From: Pseudothermotoga sp.
Lineage (GTDB): Bacteria; Thermotogota; Thermotogae; Thermotogales; DSM-5069
Assembly: GCA_031962025.1 (NCBI GenBank)
Contig: JAVRKW010000002.1
Length of the DNA: 64,000 nucleotides
Direction: 5' to 3' (one strand)
Positions 51,790 to 61,655 of this stretch are shown piece by piece (the first letter of the stretch is position 1; the number at the start of each line of letters is the position of its first letter). Below the pieces are notes generated by a model. The model had not been told where the DNA came from and searched no databases. It worked only from the letters and a program-made list of their open reading frames with translations. The position numbers and the translations under genes are program-made.

Positions 51790-53034
51790 CTACCGTCCAC
51801 CTAAAGAGGAGACGGCTTCCTGCTTCATCGACCAGACTTGCCACCATGGTTTTGTCCATGATGGTAGAGGTCCAATCTCCACAGGCGTAAATTCGGGTGG
51901 TTCCCACCCTACTTTGTTTCTTATATACCTATATCCATAATCTCTTAAGTTCTTAGCTGCATTCTCGTCCCTGTCATGAACTTCTCCACATTCAGGACAT
52001 TTCCATACCCTATCTTTTAATTTCAACTCCTTATAGACATACCCACATTTGCTACACATTTTAGATGATGCAAATGTCCTATCTGCTTCTATTAATTCCC
52101 TTCCATACCATTCTGCCTTGTACTTAAGAAAACTTATAAACCTTGACCAACTGCTGTCCAGAACATACTTTGAAAGTTCTGTCCTTGATAACCCTTTTAC
52201 ATTCAAATTCTCAACCACCACAACTTGGTTCTCGTCTATGATGGTTTTCGATAATTTGTGCAAAAAATCTTCTCTTGCATTTCTTACATACTCATACTCT
52301 TTGGCAAGTTTTTCTCTCGCTTTCTCCCTATTCTTAGAACCCTTTTTCTTCCTTGATAGTTTTCTCTGTAACTTTTTCAGTCTCTTTTCAGCTTTTATTA
52401 GGTATTTTGGATGTTCAATCTTTAAACACTTTGTGTCATTTACAATCGTGGCAAAATTCTTCAACCCAAGATCTATCCCACAAATGAAATTCTGTGGCTC
52501 TTTAACTTTATTCCCTTGGTTCTGCTCATCTACAAGTATGCTTACATAATACCTGCCCGCTCTTGTGTTAACAACTGTTGCTGATTTTATTCTCCCTTCA
52601 AATCTCCTGTGAAATTCAACTTGTATTCCACTTTTTATCTTCGGCAAATACAAAAGCCCTTTTTCAAAATCTACCTTGATTGTCTCAGTTCCACTTTTGG
52701 TCTTCTGATTATTCGTCGTGTATGACTGTTTGTCTTTCTTTCTCTTGAACTTCAAAAGTCCAAAATGTTTTGGATTATTGAAATGATCTCTAAATGCTTT
52801 CTCTTGTTGAAGCTGAACATTTGCAAGAGCAAGACTATCTACTTCTTTTAGAAAAGGGTACTGCTCTTTGTACTTTGCTGGAGTTATCATTGGAATCTTC
52901 CTACCCTGTCTTAATGCTTCAAGTTTTTCTTCCAGCATCAGGTTCCATACAAATCTGCAACAGCCAAATGTTTTTGCAAAAAACTCTTTTTGGTCTTTAT
53001 TTGGATATATACGAAACTTATATGCTTTGAGCAT
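51790..53034 (-). CDS. tnpB: RNA-guided endonuclease TnpB
   Basis: KAYKFRIYP, RuvC GIDLG / VVENL / DRDENAA, zinc finger CSKC...CPEC. Confidence 0.95.
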   Translation of the reverse strand: MLKAYKFRIYPNKDQKEFFAKTFGCCRFVWNLMLEEKLEALRQGRKIPMITPAKYKEQYPFLKEVDSLALANVQLQQEKAFRDHFNNPKHFGLLKFKRKKDKQSYTTNNQKTKSGTETIKVDFEKGLLYLPKIKSGIQVEFHRRFEGRIKSATVVNTRAGRYYVSILVDEQNQGNKVKEPQNFICGIDLGLKNFATIVNDTKCLKIEHPKYLIKAEKRLKKLQRKLSRKKKGSKNREKAREKLAKEYEYVRNAREDFLHKLSKTIIDENQVVVVENLNVKGLSRTELSKYVLDSSWSRFISFLKYKAEWYGRELIEADRTFASSKMCSKCGYVYKELKLKDRVWKCPECGEVHDRDENAAKNLRDYGYRYIRNKVGWEPPEFTPVEIGPLPSWTKPWWQVWSMKQEAVSSLGGR

Positions 53035-53116
53035 TTTTTCTTTCACCTTGGCTTTCGATATACTTTTTAATTACTTCAACTGAAGCTCCACCAGTTGTGA
53101 TAAGACAATAACTTTG
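53018..53116 (-). pseudogene. tnpA: C-terminal remnant of IS200-type Y1 transposase
   Basis: Minus-strand frame QSYCLITTGGASVEVIKKYIESQG; no start and no HUH motif upstream. Confidence 0.8.
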
Positions 53117-53130
53117 TTATCACCAGCTTT

Positions 53131-53159
53131 ATTATTCAACGAAACGGATTATTTGTCAA
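53131..53159 (-). promoter_or_regulatory. IS-internal promoter pointing at tnpB
   Basis: TTGACA-17 nt-AATAAT on the minus strand. Confidence 0.55.
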
Positions 53160-53370
53160 TCACAATTCATCTTCATCTTGTAGAAGATGGAGACTTCTTG
53201 CAAAATGTATGTTAAAACAGGTATTGTAGTTGTGAGAAAAACCTTTGAAGGTCCATATGTGCTGCTCCGTGCTGAAATGGACGGTTTGCCGATCGTTGAA
53301 CAAAAAACTGTGTTTTTCAAATTCAAAGATGAATTGATTGAAGTGGCAGGCAAACTTTTTTTCGATCTCC

Positions 53371-53399
53371 TTGCACGGATTGGTTAATTCAGATATCAT
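53371..53399 (+). promoter_or_regulatory. Promoter of the hppA operon, overlapping the pseudogene 3' end
   Basis: TTGCAC-17 nt-TATCAT. Confidence 0.55.
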
Positions 53400-53426
53400 A
53401 TAAATATCAGAAAATTTTTCAAGGGG

Positions 53427-55382
53427 GTGCAGGCTTTGTTCGTGTTGTTCTTAGTAGCTGCAGCTACTATAGCGTACGTGATTTTTTTGACCTTCAAGAT
53501 CCTGGACAACAGCCCTGGAAATGCACAAACGATTGAGCTCTCACAGATCATTCAAAAAGGTGCAAGATCGTTTTTATTTGCTGAATACTTGGTTTTCTTT
53601 CCGGCGGTTTTTGCTCTTGCTTTTCTTCTGTTTGTCTTTCTTGGCTGGATTGTGGCGGTTTCATTTCTCACCGGTGCTGTTTTTTCAACTCTTGCCGGTT
53701 TCTTTGGTATGACAATTGCCACTAAATCCAATGCGCGCACGAGCTGGGCTGCGCTGTCTGGTATGACAGCGGCTTTGAGAGTAGCTTTCAGCGGTGGTGC
53801 GGTGATGGGACTCACAGTTTCCGCACTTGGCTTGCTCGGTCTTGGGTTTGTTTACGAGCTCACCGGTGATATGACCTGTGTCAGCTATTATTCACTTGGT
53901 GCGTCTTTTGTGGCTCTCTTTGCAAGGGTCGGTGGAGGTATATACACAAAAGCCGCCGATGTCGGAGCTGACATAGTCGGCAAGACCGAAGCAAACTTGC
54001 CCGAGGACGATCCGAGGAACCCGGCAGTGATAGCAGATAACGTTGGTGACAACGTTGGCGATGTTGCTGGAATGGGTGCCGACTTGTACGAGTCTTATGT
54101 CGGATCGATCTTCTCAGCGCTTGCGCTTGCTAGTTTCATGAACAGTGAAAAAGCCACTAAAGCTGTATTGTTCATCGTGATCTGTGGGCTGTCGAGTTCC
54201 GTTATCTCTGTAATAGTGACAAATCTCGCCGTGCAGAGGTTCAAACACCCGTCATCGGCACTGAGATTTGGAACAATCCTGTCCAGCATCTTGCTGTTGA
54301 GCTTGGTACTGATTTATTCACTCTTTCTGCACTGGATTGAAATCTTTCTTGTGGTTCTCTTTGGGGTTTTTGTTGGGATCAGTGTGGGGTTTTTAACCGA
54401 ACTTTACACCTCAGGTAAAAAGGTTGCAAACCTTGCAAGATCTGCCACGACAGGACCGTCGAATATATTGATCAGTGGTCTTGCGCTTGGTATGGAATCT
54501 ACAACGGTTGTTACAATACTCATAGTTGTCGCTATTCTTTTTTCTTACAAACTGCTTGGGCTTTTCGGAGTGGCTCTTTCTGCTGTTGGAATGTTGTCTA
54601 CGCTTGGTATGAATCTTTCGATTGATGCATACGGTCCTATAGCGGATAACGCCGGTGGAATTGCCCAGATGGCGAAACTCGAGGAAGGTGCGCGACAGGT
54701 CACAGATCAGCTTGATGCAGTTGGCAATACCACCGCGGCGATGGGAAAAGGTTTTGCAATAACATCTGCGGCATTGACTTCACTTGCACTTTTTTCCAAC
54801 TATGCCAATGTCACTCATTTGAGTACCATTGACATAAAAGATCCTTCTCTTTTCACGGGAGCTTTGGTTGGTGCAATGCTTCCATTTTTGTTCTGTGCTC
54901 TCACCATGAAGGCGGTGGGAGATGCTGCGGATGAGATGGTTGAAGAGATCAGACGGCAGATCAAAGAAATTCCCGGTCTGGTTTCAGGACAGGCAAAACC
55001 TGATTACAACCGCTGTATACAGATTGCGACAAAAGGTGCTCTTAGAAGAATGGTCTTTCCATCTCTGCTTGCGGTTTTAACTCCTGTTTTGAGTTATTTT
55101 GTACTGGGTGCTGCTGGAACTGCTGGTGTACTGATTGGTTCAACGGTTTGTGGAGTTATGGTTGCGATTTTCATGGCAAATTCGGGTGGAGCATGGGATA
55201 ATGCAAAAAAATACATCGAAGAGGGAAATTATGGTGGAAAGGGTTCTATAGCGCACAAAGCTGCGGTGATAGGTGACACCGTTGGAGATCCTCTCAAAGA
55301 CACATCGGGACCTTCTATAAACATTCTCATCAAGCTCATGGCGATTACATCGGTGGTAATAGCTTCTCTGGCTGGGAGGTAG
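53427..55382 (+). CDS. hppA: Membrane-bound ion-translocating pyrophosphatase (K+-dependent type)
   Basis: [42 protein letters not shown]. Confidence 0.95.
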   Translation: MQALFVLFLVAAATIAYVIFLTFKILDNSPGNAQTIELSQIIQKGARSFLFAEYLVFFPAVFALAFLLFVFLGWIVAVSFLTGAVFSTLAGFFGMTIATKSNARTSWAALSGMTAALRVAFSGGAVMGLTVSALGLLGLGFVYELTGDMTCVSYYSLGASFVALFARVGGGIYTKAADVGADIVGKTEANLPEDDPRNPAVIADNVGDNVGDVAGMGADLYESYVGSIFSALALASFMNSEKATKAVLFIVICGLSSSVISVIVTNLAVQRFKHPSSALRFGTILSSILLLSLVLIYSLFLHWIEIFLVVLFGVFVGISVGFLTELYTSGKKVANLARSATTGPSNILISGLALGMESTTVVTILIVVAILFSYKLLGLFGVALSAVGMLSTLGMNLSIDAYGPIADNAGGIAQMAKLEEGARQVTDQLDAVGNTTAAMGKGFAITSAALTSLALFSNYANVTHLSTIDIKDPSLFTGALVGAMLPFLFCALTMKAVGDAADEMVEEIRRQIKEIPGLVSGQAKPDYNRCIQIATKGALRRMVFPSLLAVLTPVLSYFVLGAAGTAGVLIGSTVCGVMVAIFMANSGGAWDNAKKYIEEGNYGGKGSIAHKAAVIGDTVGDPLKDTSGPSINILIKLMAITSVVIASLAGR

Positions 55383-55386
55383 GTTT

Positions 55387-56397
55387 ATGAAAAGGATAGC
55401 TTTATTGTGTGTGGGGAATGACTGCCCGGGATTGAATGCGGCGATCAGGGCATCGGTTGTGAAAGGTTCTGAAATCGGTATTGAGATCTTGGGTGTAAAA
55501 GATGGTTTTGAAGGTTTTCTAACCGATAAGATCGATGTTTTGACCAAGTCTTCGGTCTCTGGTATACTGCACCGTGGTGGAACGATTCTTGGTACATCTC
55601 TTTTTGTCCCACAGGAAGATGAGGATATTCAAAAAGTCGCAAAAAAATTCGAACAATACTCCATAACCTCTTTGCTCATATTCGGTGGCAGGCTTGGTGT
55701 AAAAGCCGCTCTGAGACTTGCCAGAGCGAATATTCCTTCCGTTCTCGTGCCGGCTACCATAGATAATGACTTACCGTTTACAGATTTCTCGATAGGCTTT
55801 TTCACGGCGATTGAACATGTGAAAGAAGCGCTTGATATGCTTCATGCGACTGCAGAATCCCATCACAGGGTCATGATAGTCGAGACGATGGGAAAGCCGG
55901 GTGGCTGGATAGCAGTCACAGGTGGACTTGCCGGTGGAGCAGATTACGTTGTGACAAACGCCGAATCTTTTGACCCGGATGATCTTATCAGAAAGATCCG
56001 TAAACGGTATGAAAGCCAAAAGAGATTCTCAATTGTCGTCGTTGAAAGTGGAACGGTTTTACCCAAGGAAATTTATCAGTTCACTGAAACCGATGAAAAA
56101 ACACCTGCGGCAGAAGTTGTCGGTATCTACATTGAAAGGCAGTTGAAAGATATCGGGATAGAATGGAGATACACAAATCTTGGATATTTACAGAGGGGTG
56201 GAAGCCCCGTCTGTATGGACAGAATAATCGCAACACAGATGTCAACGCGTGCTGTGGAAATGGTCAGATCGGCAAGAGTTTATCATGCACTTGGCATGAG
56301 AGGATTGACTGTAACAGAAGTGCCATACTCTGAAACAATGATCAATGTGAAAATAGTGGATGAACAGCTCAGAAATCTGGCAAAACTATTTTACTGA
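55387..56397 (+). CDS. Phosphofructokinase-family protein with atypical active site
   Basis: GNDCPGLN, GGTILGT, PATIDND, GYLQRGG retained; GGRLG and MGK replace GGDG and MGR. Confidence 0.8.
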   Translation: MKRIALLCVGNDCPGLNAAIRASVVKGSEIGIEILGVKDGFEGFLTDKIDVLTKSSVSGILHRGGTILGTSLFVPQEDEDIQKVAKKFEQYSITSLLIFGGRLGVKAALRLARANIPSVLVPATIDNDLPFTDFSIGFFTAIEHVKEALDMLHATAESHHRVMIVETMGKPGGWIAVTGGLAGGADYVVTNAESFDPDDLIRKIRKRYESQKRFSIVVVESGTVLPKEIYQFTETDEKTPAAEVVGIYIERQLKDIGIEWRYTNLGYLQRGGSPVCMDRIIATQMSTRAVEMVRSARVYHALGMRGLTVTEVPYSETMINVKIVDEQLRNLAKLFY

Positions 56398-56411
56398 TTT
56401 GAGGTGAGTCT

Positions 56412-57068
56412 GTGAATTTTTTGCAGATAATAGGACCGGTTATGGTGGGACCTTCGAGCTCTCACACGCTCGGTGCAATGAGAATTTCGAAATTCGTATA
56501 TCAAATGCTCGGTCGGATACCAGAACAGGTGAATTTTTTTCTTCATGGGTCCTTTGCCCAGACCTTTAAAGGTCATGGAACTGATAGGGCACTCTTAGCC
56601 GGTATAATGGGATTGAGATACGATGATGAGAGAATCAGAGATTCACATCTTCTGGCAAAAGAAAATGGTTTGAAATATTCTTTCACTGCTGTCGATCTTG
56701 GTAACGTCCACCCGAACACGGTAAAGGTCAGAGTTCAGACACAGAAAAATCAGCACGAGGTAGAAGGCTGTTCAATCGGTGGTGGAATGATAAAGATCAC
56801 CAGAATAGACGATGTTGAGTGCGATTTGAGCTGGTCCTATGACACCCTTATAATTGTCAACAAAGATGAGCCAGGTGCTCTATCACAGATTCTGGCAAAG
56901 TTAAAGGCGAATATAGCAAATTTGTACCTTAGAAGGATAAATCTGCTTCAGGCAAAAGCCCTGACGATAATAGAGCTCGACTCGCCGCCCCAAGACTTAA
57001 ACGAACTTTTAAGACTACCTTCTGTTCTTGAGTGTTATTTTGTACCAAAAGACGACTTTTTCGGGTGA
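56412..57068 (+). CDS. sdaAB: L-serine dehydratase beta subunit
   Basis: GPVMVGPSSSHT, GHGTDRA, HPNTV, SIGGG, C-terminal ACT-like domain. Confidence 0.93.
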   Translation: MNFLQIIGPVMVGPSSSHTLGAMRISKFVYQMLGRIPEQVNFFLHGSFAQTFKGHGTDRALLAGIMGLRYDDERIRDSHLLAKENGLKYSFTAVDLGNVHPNTVKVRVQTQKNQHEVEGCSIGGGMIKITRIDDVECDLSWSYDTLIIVNKDEPGALSQILAKLKANIANLYLRRINLLQAKALTIIELDSPPQDLNELLRLPSVLECYFVPKDDFFG

Positions 57069-57937
57069 TGTCGATGAATCTCAGCGATTTGATCGAGTTA
57101 GAAAATAAGATAGGACAGCCATTACATGAAGTGATACTGCTCTCGCAAATGATGGAAGATGGATCAGACCCTGTTGATTTGAGAAGTAAAACAAAAGTGT
57201 TTTTAAAGGAAATGCTTGATATATCCGAGAAAAATTTTGCAAAGAGCCACAAAACACTCACAGGAATGTGTGGTAACAACGCTTTTCTCTTTGCTCAGTA
57301 CAGTCCCCAGATGATTGGAGAATTCAACTACATAGCAATGATCACGGCGCTTTCTATAGCTGAAGCGAATGCTTCGATGGGTAGAATAGTTGCCTGTCCC
57401 ACAGCCGGTTCCTGTGGTGTAGTACCAGCCATGGCGTATGCACTCAAAAAAGTTAAAGGTGTTTGTGAAGAATTGCTCGTCGATGGTCTGATAGTCGCCG
57501 GTGCAATTGGAAAATTCATAGCAGAACGAGCCTCAATTTCAGGAGCCGTCTCTGGCTGTCAGGCAGAGATTGGCACCGCAACTGCCATGGCAAGCTCAAT
57601 GGCGGTGTACAGTTTTTCAAAAGACAGCAAAAAGGTGTCGCACGCCGCAGCTCTGTCTCTCAAATCGATGATGGGACTTGTCTGTGATCCGGTTGGAGGA
57701 TTTGTCGAAGTGCCATGTGTGAAAAGAAATGCGGTTGCGGTGAACATCGCAATTGCCACAGCGGAAATGGCACTTTCCGGAATAGAGAGTGTAATACCAT
57801 TCGATGAGGTTGTTGAAGCGATGGCAAGGGTTGGTAAATTGTTGCCTGAAGAACTCCGTGAGACAGGTCTTGGTGGTGTGGCTTGGACTAAAACGGCGAA
57901 GTCTCTTGTGGATAAGATAAGAGGTGAACTGATGTGA
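57068..57937 (+). CDS. sdaAA: L-serine dehydratase alpha subunit (Fe-S)
   Basis: PTAGSCG, GCQAE, GLVCDPV, VPCVKRN, LRETGLGG. Confidence 0.93.
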   Translation: MSMNLSDLIELENKIGQPLHEVILLSQMMEDGSDPVDLRSKTKVFLKEMLDISEKNFAKSHKTLTGMCGNNAFLFAQYSPQMIGEFNYIAMITALSIAEANASMGRIVACPTAGSCGVVPAMAYALKKVKGVCEELLVDGLIVAGAIGKFIAERASISGAVSGCQAEIGTATAMASSMAVYSFSKDSKKVSHAAALSLKSMMGLVCDPVGGFVEVPCVKRNAVAVNIAIATAEMALSGIESVIPFDEVVEAMARVGKLLPEELRETGLGGVAWTKTAKSLVDKIRGELM

Positions 57938-58953
57938 AAAAACAGAGCGTTGAGATAACCGAACCTGTTGACTTTTGCTTGAAAGGTGGCAGGTTGAATC
58001 CTTCAGCGCTTGGATGGTCAAGAAAACCTCTGATAAACTGTAATCTCACAGATCATTTTCTCAGAAAAAAGAGATGGCATTACTGGGCTGTTTTCAACCA
58101 GCAATGTCTTTTCTCGGCAACGATTTCCAATCTGGATTATATCGGAGTTGTTTTTTGTTATTTTCTTGACTTTGGCACAAAGGAATTTTTTGAGCAAACT
58201 GTTATAACACCGTTCGGTATAGGCTGTAACATACCCCAAAGGATTGATGAAAATGTCGTTTTCAATTCAAAGAAGATGAAAGTGAGCTTTAAAAGACATT
58301 CTGGGACAACGGTTATTGAATCACAGTTCACCAACTCTGAAGAAAAAGATGTGAAGGCTCACATTGAGGTCTTTCATGCGGATACGGAATCTTTGAATGT
58401 CGTTGTTCCATGGAGCTGGCGAAGGTTTCAATACACAAGCAAGCAGTTTTGCCTGCAGGCACGCGGAGAAATCTCTGTTGGAGAAAAAATCTATACTCTT
58501 GATCTGAATGAAACATTTGCCACATTGGATTTCGGTACAGGTGTGTGGAAATATTCAACTTTCTGGAACTGGGCGAATTTCGCGACGCATCTGGACGACG
58601 GAACAATTGTGGGTGCGAATATAGGAGCCGGATGGACTGATAACACGGGTACCAATGAAAATGCCATCCTGATCAACGGCAGGCTCACAAAAGTAATAAG
58701 TGATGTGATTTTCAAATATGATGATCATGATTTGATGAAACCATGGCATATCTATTCAAAGGATTCGGATGACATCGATCTGGAATTTCAACCTTTTTAC
58801 CATCGCACAGCCAAAACAAATCTTTTAATACTTTACTCGAATGTCAATCAGATGATAGGCACTTTTAAGGGTTTTGTGAGGGATGAAAATAGAAAGGCAT
58901 ACATAATAAGAGATGCCATCGGCTGGGCTGAAGAACATCATGCACGCTGGTGA
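57934..58953 (+). CDS. DUF2804 family protein
   Basis: GWSRKP, KRWHYW, LDFGTGVW, ENAI, WAEEHHARW. Confidence 0.8.
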   Translation: MKKQSVEITEPVDFCLKGGRLNPSALGWSRKPLINCNLTDHFLRKKRWHYWAVFNQQCLFSATISNLDYIGVVFCYFLDFGTKEFFEQTVITPFGIGCNIPQRIDENVVFNSKKMKVSFKRHSGTTVIESQFTNSEEKDVKAHIEVFHADTESLNVVVPWSWRRFQYTSKQFCLQARGEISVGEKIYTLDLNETFATLDFGTGVWKYSTFWNWANFATHLDDGTIVGANIGAGWTDNTGTNENAILINGRLTKVISDVIFKYDDHDLMKPWHIYSKDSDDIDLEFQPFYHRTAKTNLLILYSNVNQMIGTFKGFVRDENRKAYIIRDAIGWAEEHHARW

Positions 58954-58954
58954 A

Positions 58955-59845
58955 TCAGTCCAGCAGAGCGTCCACAAATTCTTTCGCGTTGAATGGTCTG
59001 AGATCTTCGATGCCTTCTCCAACTCCAATGAATTTTATTGCAAGGTCCAGTTCTTTTTTAATCGCCAGTGCAATACCGCCTTTGGCAGTACCGTCGAGTT
59101 TTGTCACCACAACACCTGTCACGTTGACCATCTCTTTGAAGGTCCTGGCTTGTATGAGTCCATTTTGTCCGGTTGTTGCATCTATCACTAAGAGAACTTC
59201 ATGAGGTGCCCCTTCAACCACTTTGCCAATAACTCTGTGAACTTTTCTGAGCTCTTCCATGAGATTTTTTTTGGTGTGCAATCTGCCAGCGGTATCGATG
59301 ATTACTATGTCTTTTTGCTTTGCTTTTGCATGGTTCACTGTGTCGAATGCAACAGCAGCCGAATCTGCTCCTTCATCGTGGCTTATCACAGTGCAGTCGA
59401 TTCTGCGTCCAAGTTCTTCTAACTGTTCAATTGCGGCAGCCCTGAAGGTGTCTGCCGCACCCAGAACAACTGTCTTACCAAGAGATTTAAAATACGCAGC
59501 CAGCTTTGCCGCGGTAGTGGTTTTTCCTGTACCGTTAACTCCGACGATGGTTATCACAAAGGGTGTATGAGATTGTAAATCAACTTCGTTGTCATTAGAA
59601 AGAAGTTCAACGAGAATTTCTTTGAGCGCACTATATGCGTCATCTGTTTGAGTCTGTTTGAGTTTTTCAAGTATGTACTGTGTCGTTTCATATCCCACAT
59701 CTGCTGCTATCAACCTTTCTTCAAGTTCCTCAAGTACCTGGTCGCTTATTTTCTTTCCTTTCAAAAGCTGTGAAAGTCCTTCAAAAAAAGTCTTTCTTGC
59801 CTTTGTGAGCCCTGCTCTCAGTTTTTCAAAAAATCCCATTTTCAC
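58955..59845 (-). CDS. ftsY: Signal recognition particle receptor FtsY
   Basis: [31 protein letters not shown]. Confidence 0.97.
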   Translation of the reverse strand: MKMGFFEKLRAGLTKARKTFFEGLSQLLKGKKISDQVLEELEERLIAADVGYETTQYILEKLKQTQTDDAYSALKEILVELLSNDNEVDLQSHTPFVITIVGVNGTGKTTTAAKLAAYFKSLGKTVVLGAADTFRAAAIEQLEELGRRIDCTVISHDEGADSAAVAFDTVNHAKAKQKDIVIIDTAGRLHTKKNLMEELRKVHRVIGKVVEGAPHEVLLVIDATTGQNGLIQARTFKEMVNVTGVVVTKLDGTAKGGIALAIKKELDLAIKFIGVGEGIEDLRPFNAKEFVDALLD

Positions 59846-61569
59846 ACCTTCCTGTGTGGATCGTATTCATCGAGCATCTGGATGACCTTTGAGATAATCG
59901 TGCCGGTATCGGCTTTGATCTTAAACGGCTTTTGTTGATTTCTCATCTTCAATTCTACAAAACCTTCTGCAAGTGCTTTCCCAACCGTTATTCTCAATGG
60001 AAAACCGATCAGGTCGGCGTCTTTGAACTTCATTCCCGGTGAGATCTCTCTATCGTCCAATAAAACCTCTAAACCATTCTCCATCAAAGATCTGTAGACA
60101 TCTTCTGACAGGTGTTTTTGAGCCTGATCTTGAATTGAAACAACGGTTATTATCACCTCGAAAGGTGAGACCGACCTTGGCCAGATGATGCCGTCTTCGT
60201 CGTGCAACTGCTCTACGACCGCAGCCATCGTTCTTGAAACACCCCAGCCGTAACATCCCATTATGAAAGGTCTTTGTTCTCCATTCTGATCCATGTACAG
60301 CGCATTCATGGATCTGGAATATTTCGTGCCGAGTTTGAAAACATGACCGAGTTCTATTCCCTTGGAGCCAATCAGGGGTGATCCACAATTTGGACACGGA
60401 TCATTTGCCTGAACTACGCGCAGATCTGTATAAGAATCGACAGAGAAATCTCTGCCAGGGTTGGCGTTGATGTAGTGATAATCCTGTTTCATTCCACCGA
60501 CAACCACATTTTTCATGAACTTTATGCCGTGATCTGCAACTACGCGAACATCTTTTATACCGACAGGTCCTATGAAACCTATTGGAACCTTGAAGACTTC
60601 GAAAACTTCATCTGGTTCTGCAAGCCTTAGAGATTGGTCGTTCATGTGAACTTTCAACTTCTCGACATTCAGTTCTCTATCACCCTGAATCAGAGCCATC
60701 ACAAAACCGTTTCTACCAACAAAAAGAAGAGATTTCACTACCTGACTGGCTTTGACATTCAAAAACTGTGCAACCTGCTCGACTGTTTTCACATTTGGCG
60801 TGTGGACTATGCTCAGTGGTTTTTCAGTACTGTCGTCTTTGAGATATTCACCTTTATATGGTGCCTGTTCATCGTTCGATGAATATCCACATTTTTCACA
60901 TCTCAGCAGGTTTGTCTCACCAACCGGTGCAAAGCTCACAAACTCGTGAGATTCACTGCCTCCTATGGCTCCAGATGCAGCTTCGGTGATAACGTACTTC
61001 AAACCAATCGCTTCGGCAATTTTGCTGTAAGCTCTTGTACACGCCTGATAAGTTTCATCCAAAGATTCTTGACTGTCGTGAAAGCTGTATCCATCTTTCA
61101 TGATGAACTCCCTTGCTCTGAGAAGTCCAAACCTTGGTCTGATTTCATCTCTGTATTTGGGACCTATTTGGTACAGAAAAACGGGTAGCTGTTTGTAAGA
61201 GCGAAGTTCGTCTTTGACGATTTGGGTGAACACCTCTTCATGTGTTGGACCAAGTGTGAATTCCCTGTCGTGTCTGTCTTTCAGTTTCATCATCTCTGGT
61301 CCGTAATCTTCCCACCGACCTGTGATCTTCCAGAGCTCTGCTGGTTGGATAATCGGCATTGAAACTTCCTGAGCTCCTATGGCATTCATCTGTTCTCTCA
61401 CTATTTTTTCGATCTTTGAAAGTGTTCTTTTTGCCAGTGGCAGGTATGAGTAAACGCCGGCGGCAACCTTTCTTATAAAACCCGCTCTGTACAAAAGCGC
61501 ATGACTTACAACCTCGGCATCTGAAGGAGCTTCCTTCAAAGTCGGTGCGTATAGCTGAGAAAATCTCAC
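59842..61569 (-). CDS. proS: Proline--tRNA ligase (with editing insertion)
   Basis: [28 protein letters not shown]. Confidence 0.97.
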   Translation of the reverse strand: MRFSQLYAPTLKEAPSDAEVVSHALLYRAGFIRKVAAGVYSYLPLAKRTLSKIEKIVREQMNAIGAQEVSMPIIQPAELWKITGRWEDYGPEMMKLKDRHDREFTLGPTHEEVFTQIVKDELRSYKQLPVFLYQIGPKYRDEIRPRFGLLRAREFIMKDGYSFHDSQESLDETYQACTRAYSKIAEAIGLKYVITEAASGAIGGSESHEFVSFAPVGETNLLRCEKCGYSSNDEQAPYKGEYLKDDSTEKPLSIVHTPNVKTVEQVAQFLNVKASQVVKSLLFVGRNGFVMALIQGDRELNVEKLKVHMNDQSLRLAEPDEVFEVFKVPIGFIGPVGIKDVRVVADHGIKFMKNVVVGGMKQDYHYINANPGRDFSVDSYTDLRVVQANDPCPNCGSPLIGSKGIELGHVFKLGTKYSRSMNALYMDQNGEQRPFIMGCYGWGVSRTMAAVVEQLHDEDGIIWPRSVSPFEVIITVVSIQDQAQKHLSEDVYRSLMENGLEVLLDDREISPGMKFKDADLIGFPLRITVGKALAEGFVELKMRNQQKPFKIKADTGTIISKVIQMLDEYDPHRKV

Positions 61570-61594
61570 ATCTGACACCTCCACTCTTTCACAA

Positions 61595-61619
61595 ATTATA
61601 ACAGTTGTTGTGGTAAAAT
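61595..61619. promoter_or_regulatory. Back-to-back extended -10 promoters (proS and HD-GYP gene)
   Basis: Minus strand TGT-TATAAT at 61603-61595; plus strand TGG-TAAAAT at 61611-61619. Confidence 0.55.
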
Positions 61620-61655
61620 TGTAGTTGATTTATCGATATGAGGGGATGTTCTTCC

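Larger units (their letters stand above)
51785..53211 (-). mobile_element. IS200/IS605-family element (non-autonomous, tnpA truncated)
   Basis: Right-end hairpin CCGTC...GACGG ending in TTCAC; left-end hairpin CATCTTC/GAAGATG downstream of TTTAA; no target duplication; removal restores host frame. Confidence 0.88.
51694..53387 (+). pseudogene. M20 amidohydrolase pseudogene (probable N-acetyl-DAP deacetylase), IS-interrupted and internally deleted
   Basis: 5' part 51694-51784 encodes [17 protein letters not shown]; 3' part 53212-53387 encodes KTGIV...LRAEMDGLP then jumps to a C-terminal-like helix; rejoined frame gives only 88 aa. Confidence 0.85.

Noticed and set aside
53150..53160. Alternative IS left end at about 53154 (TTGAC target)
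   Set aside because: Rejoining leaves an in-frame TAG and excludes the subterminal hairpin; 53211 fits better and TTGACA reads as a -35 box.
53187..53387. 66-aa ORF METSCKMYVKTG... as a real gene
   Set aside because: Chimera: the first codons come from the IS left end and the rest is pseudogene.
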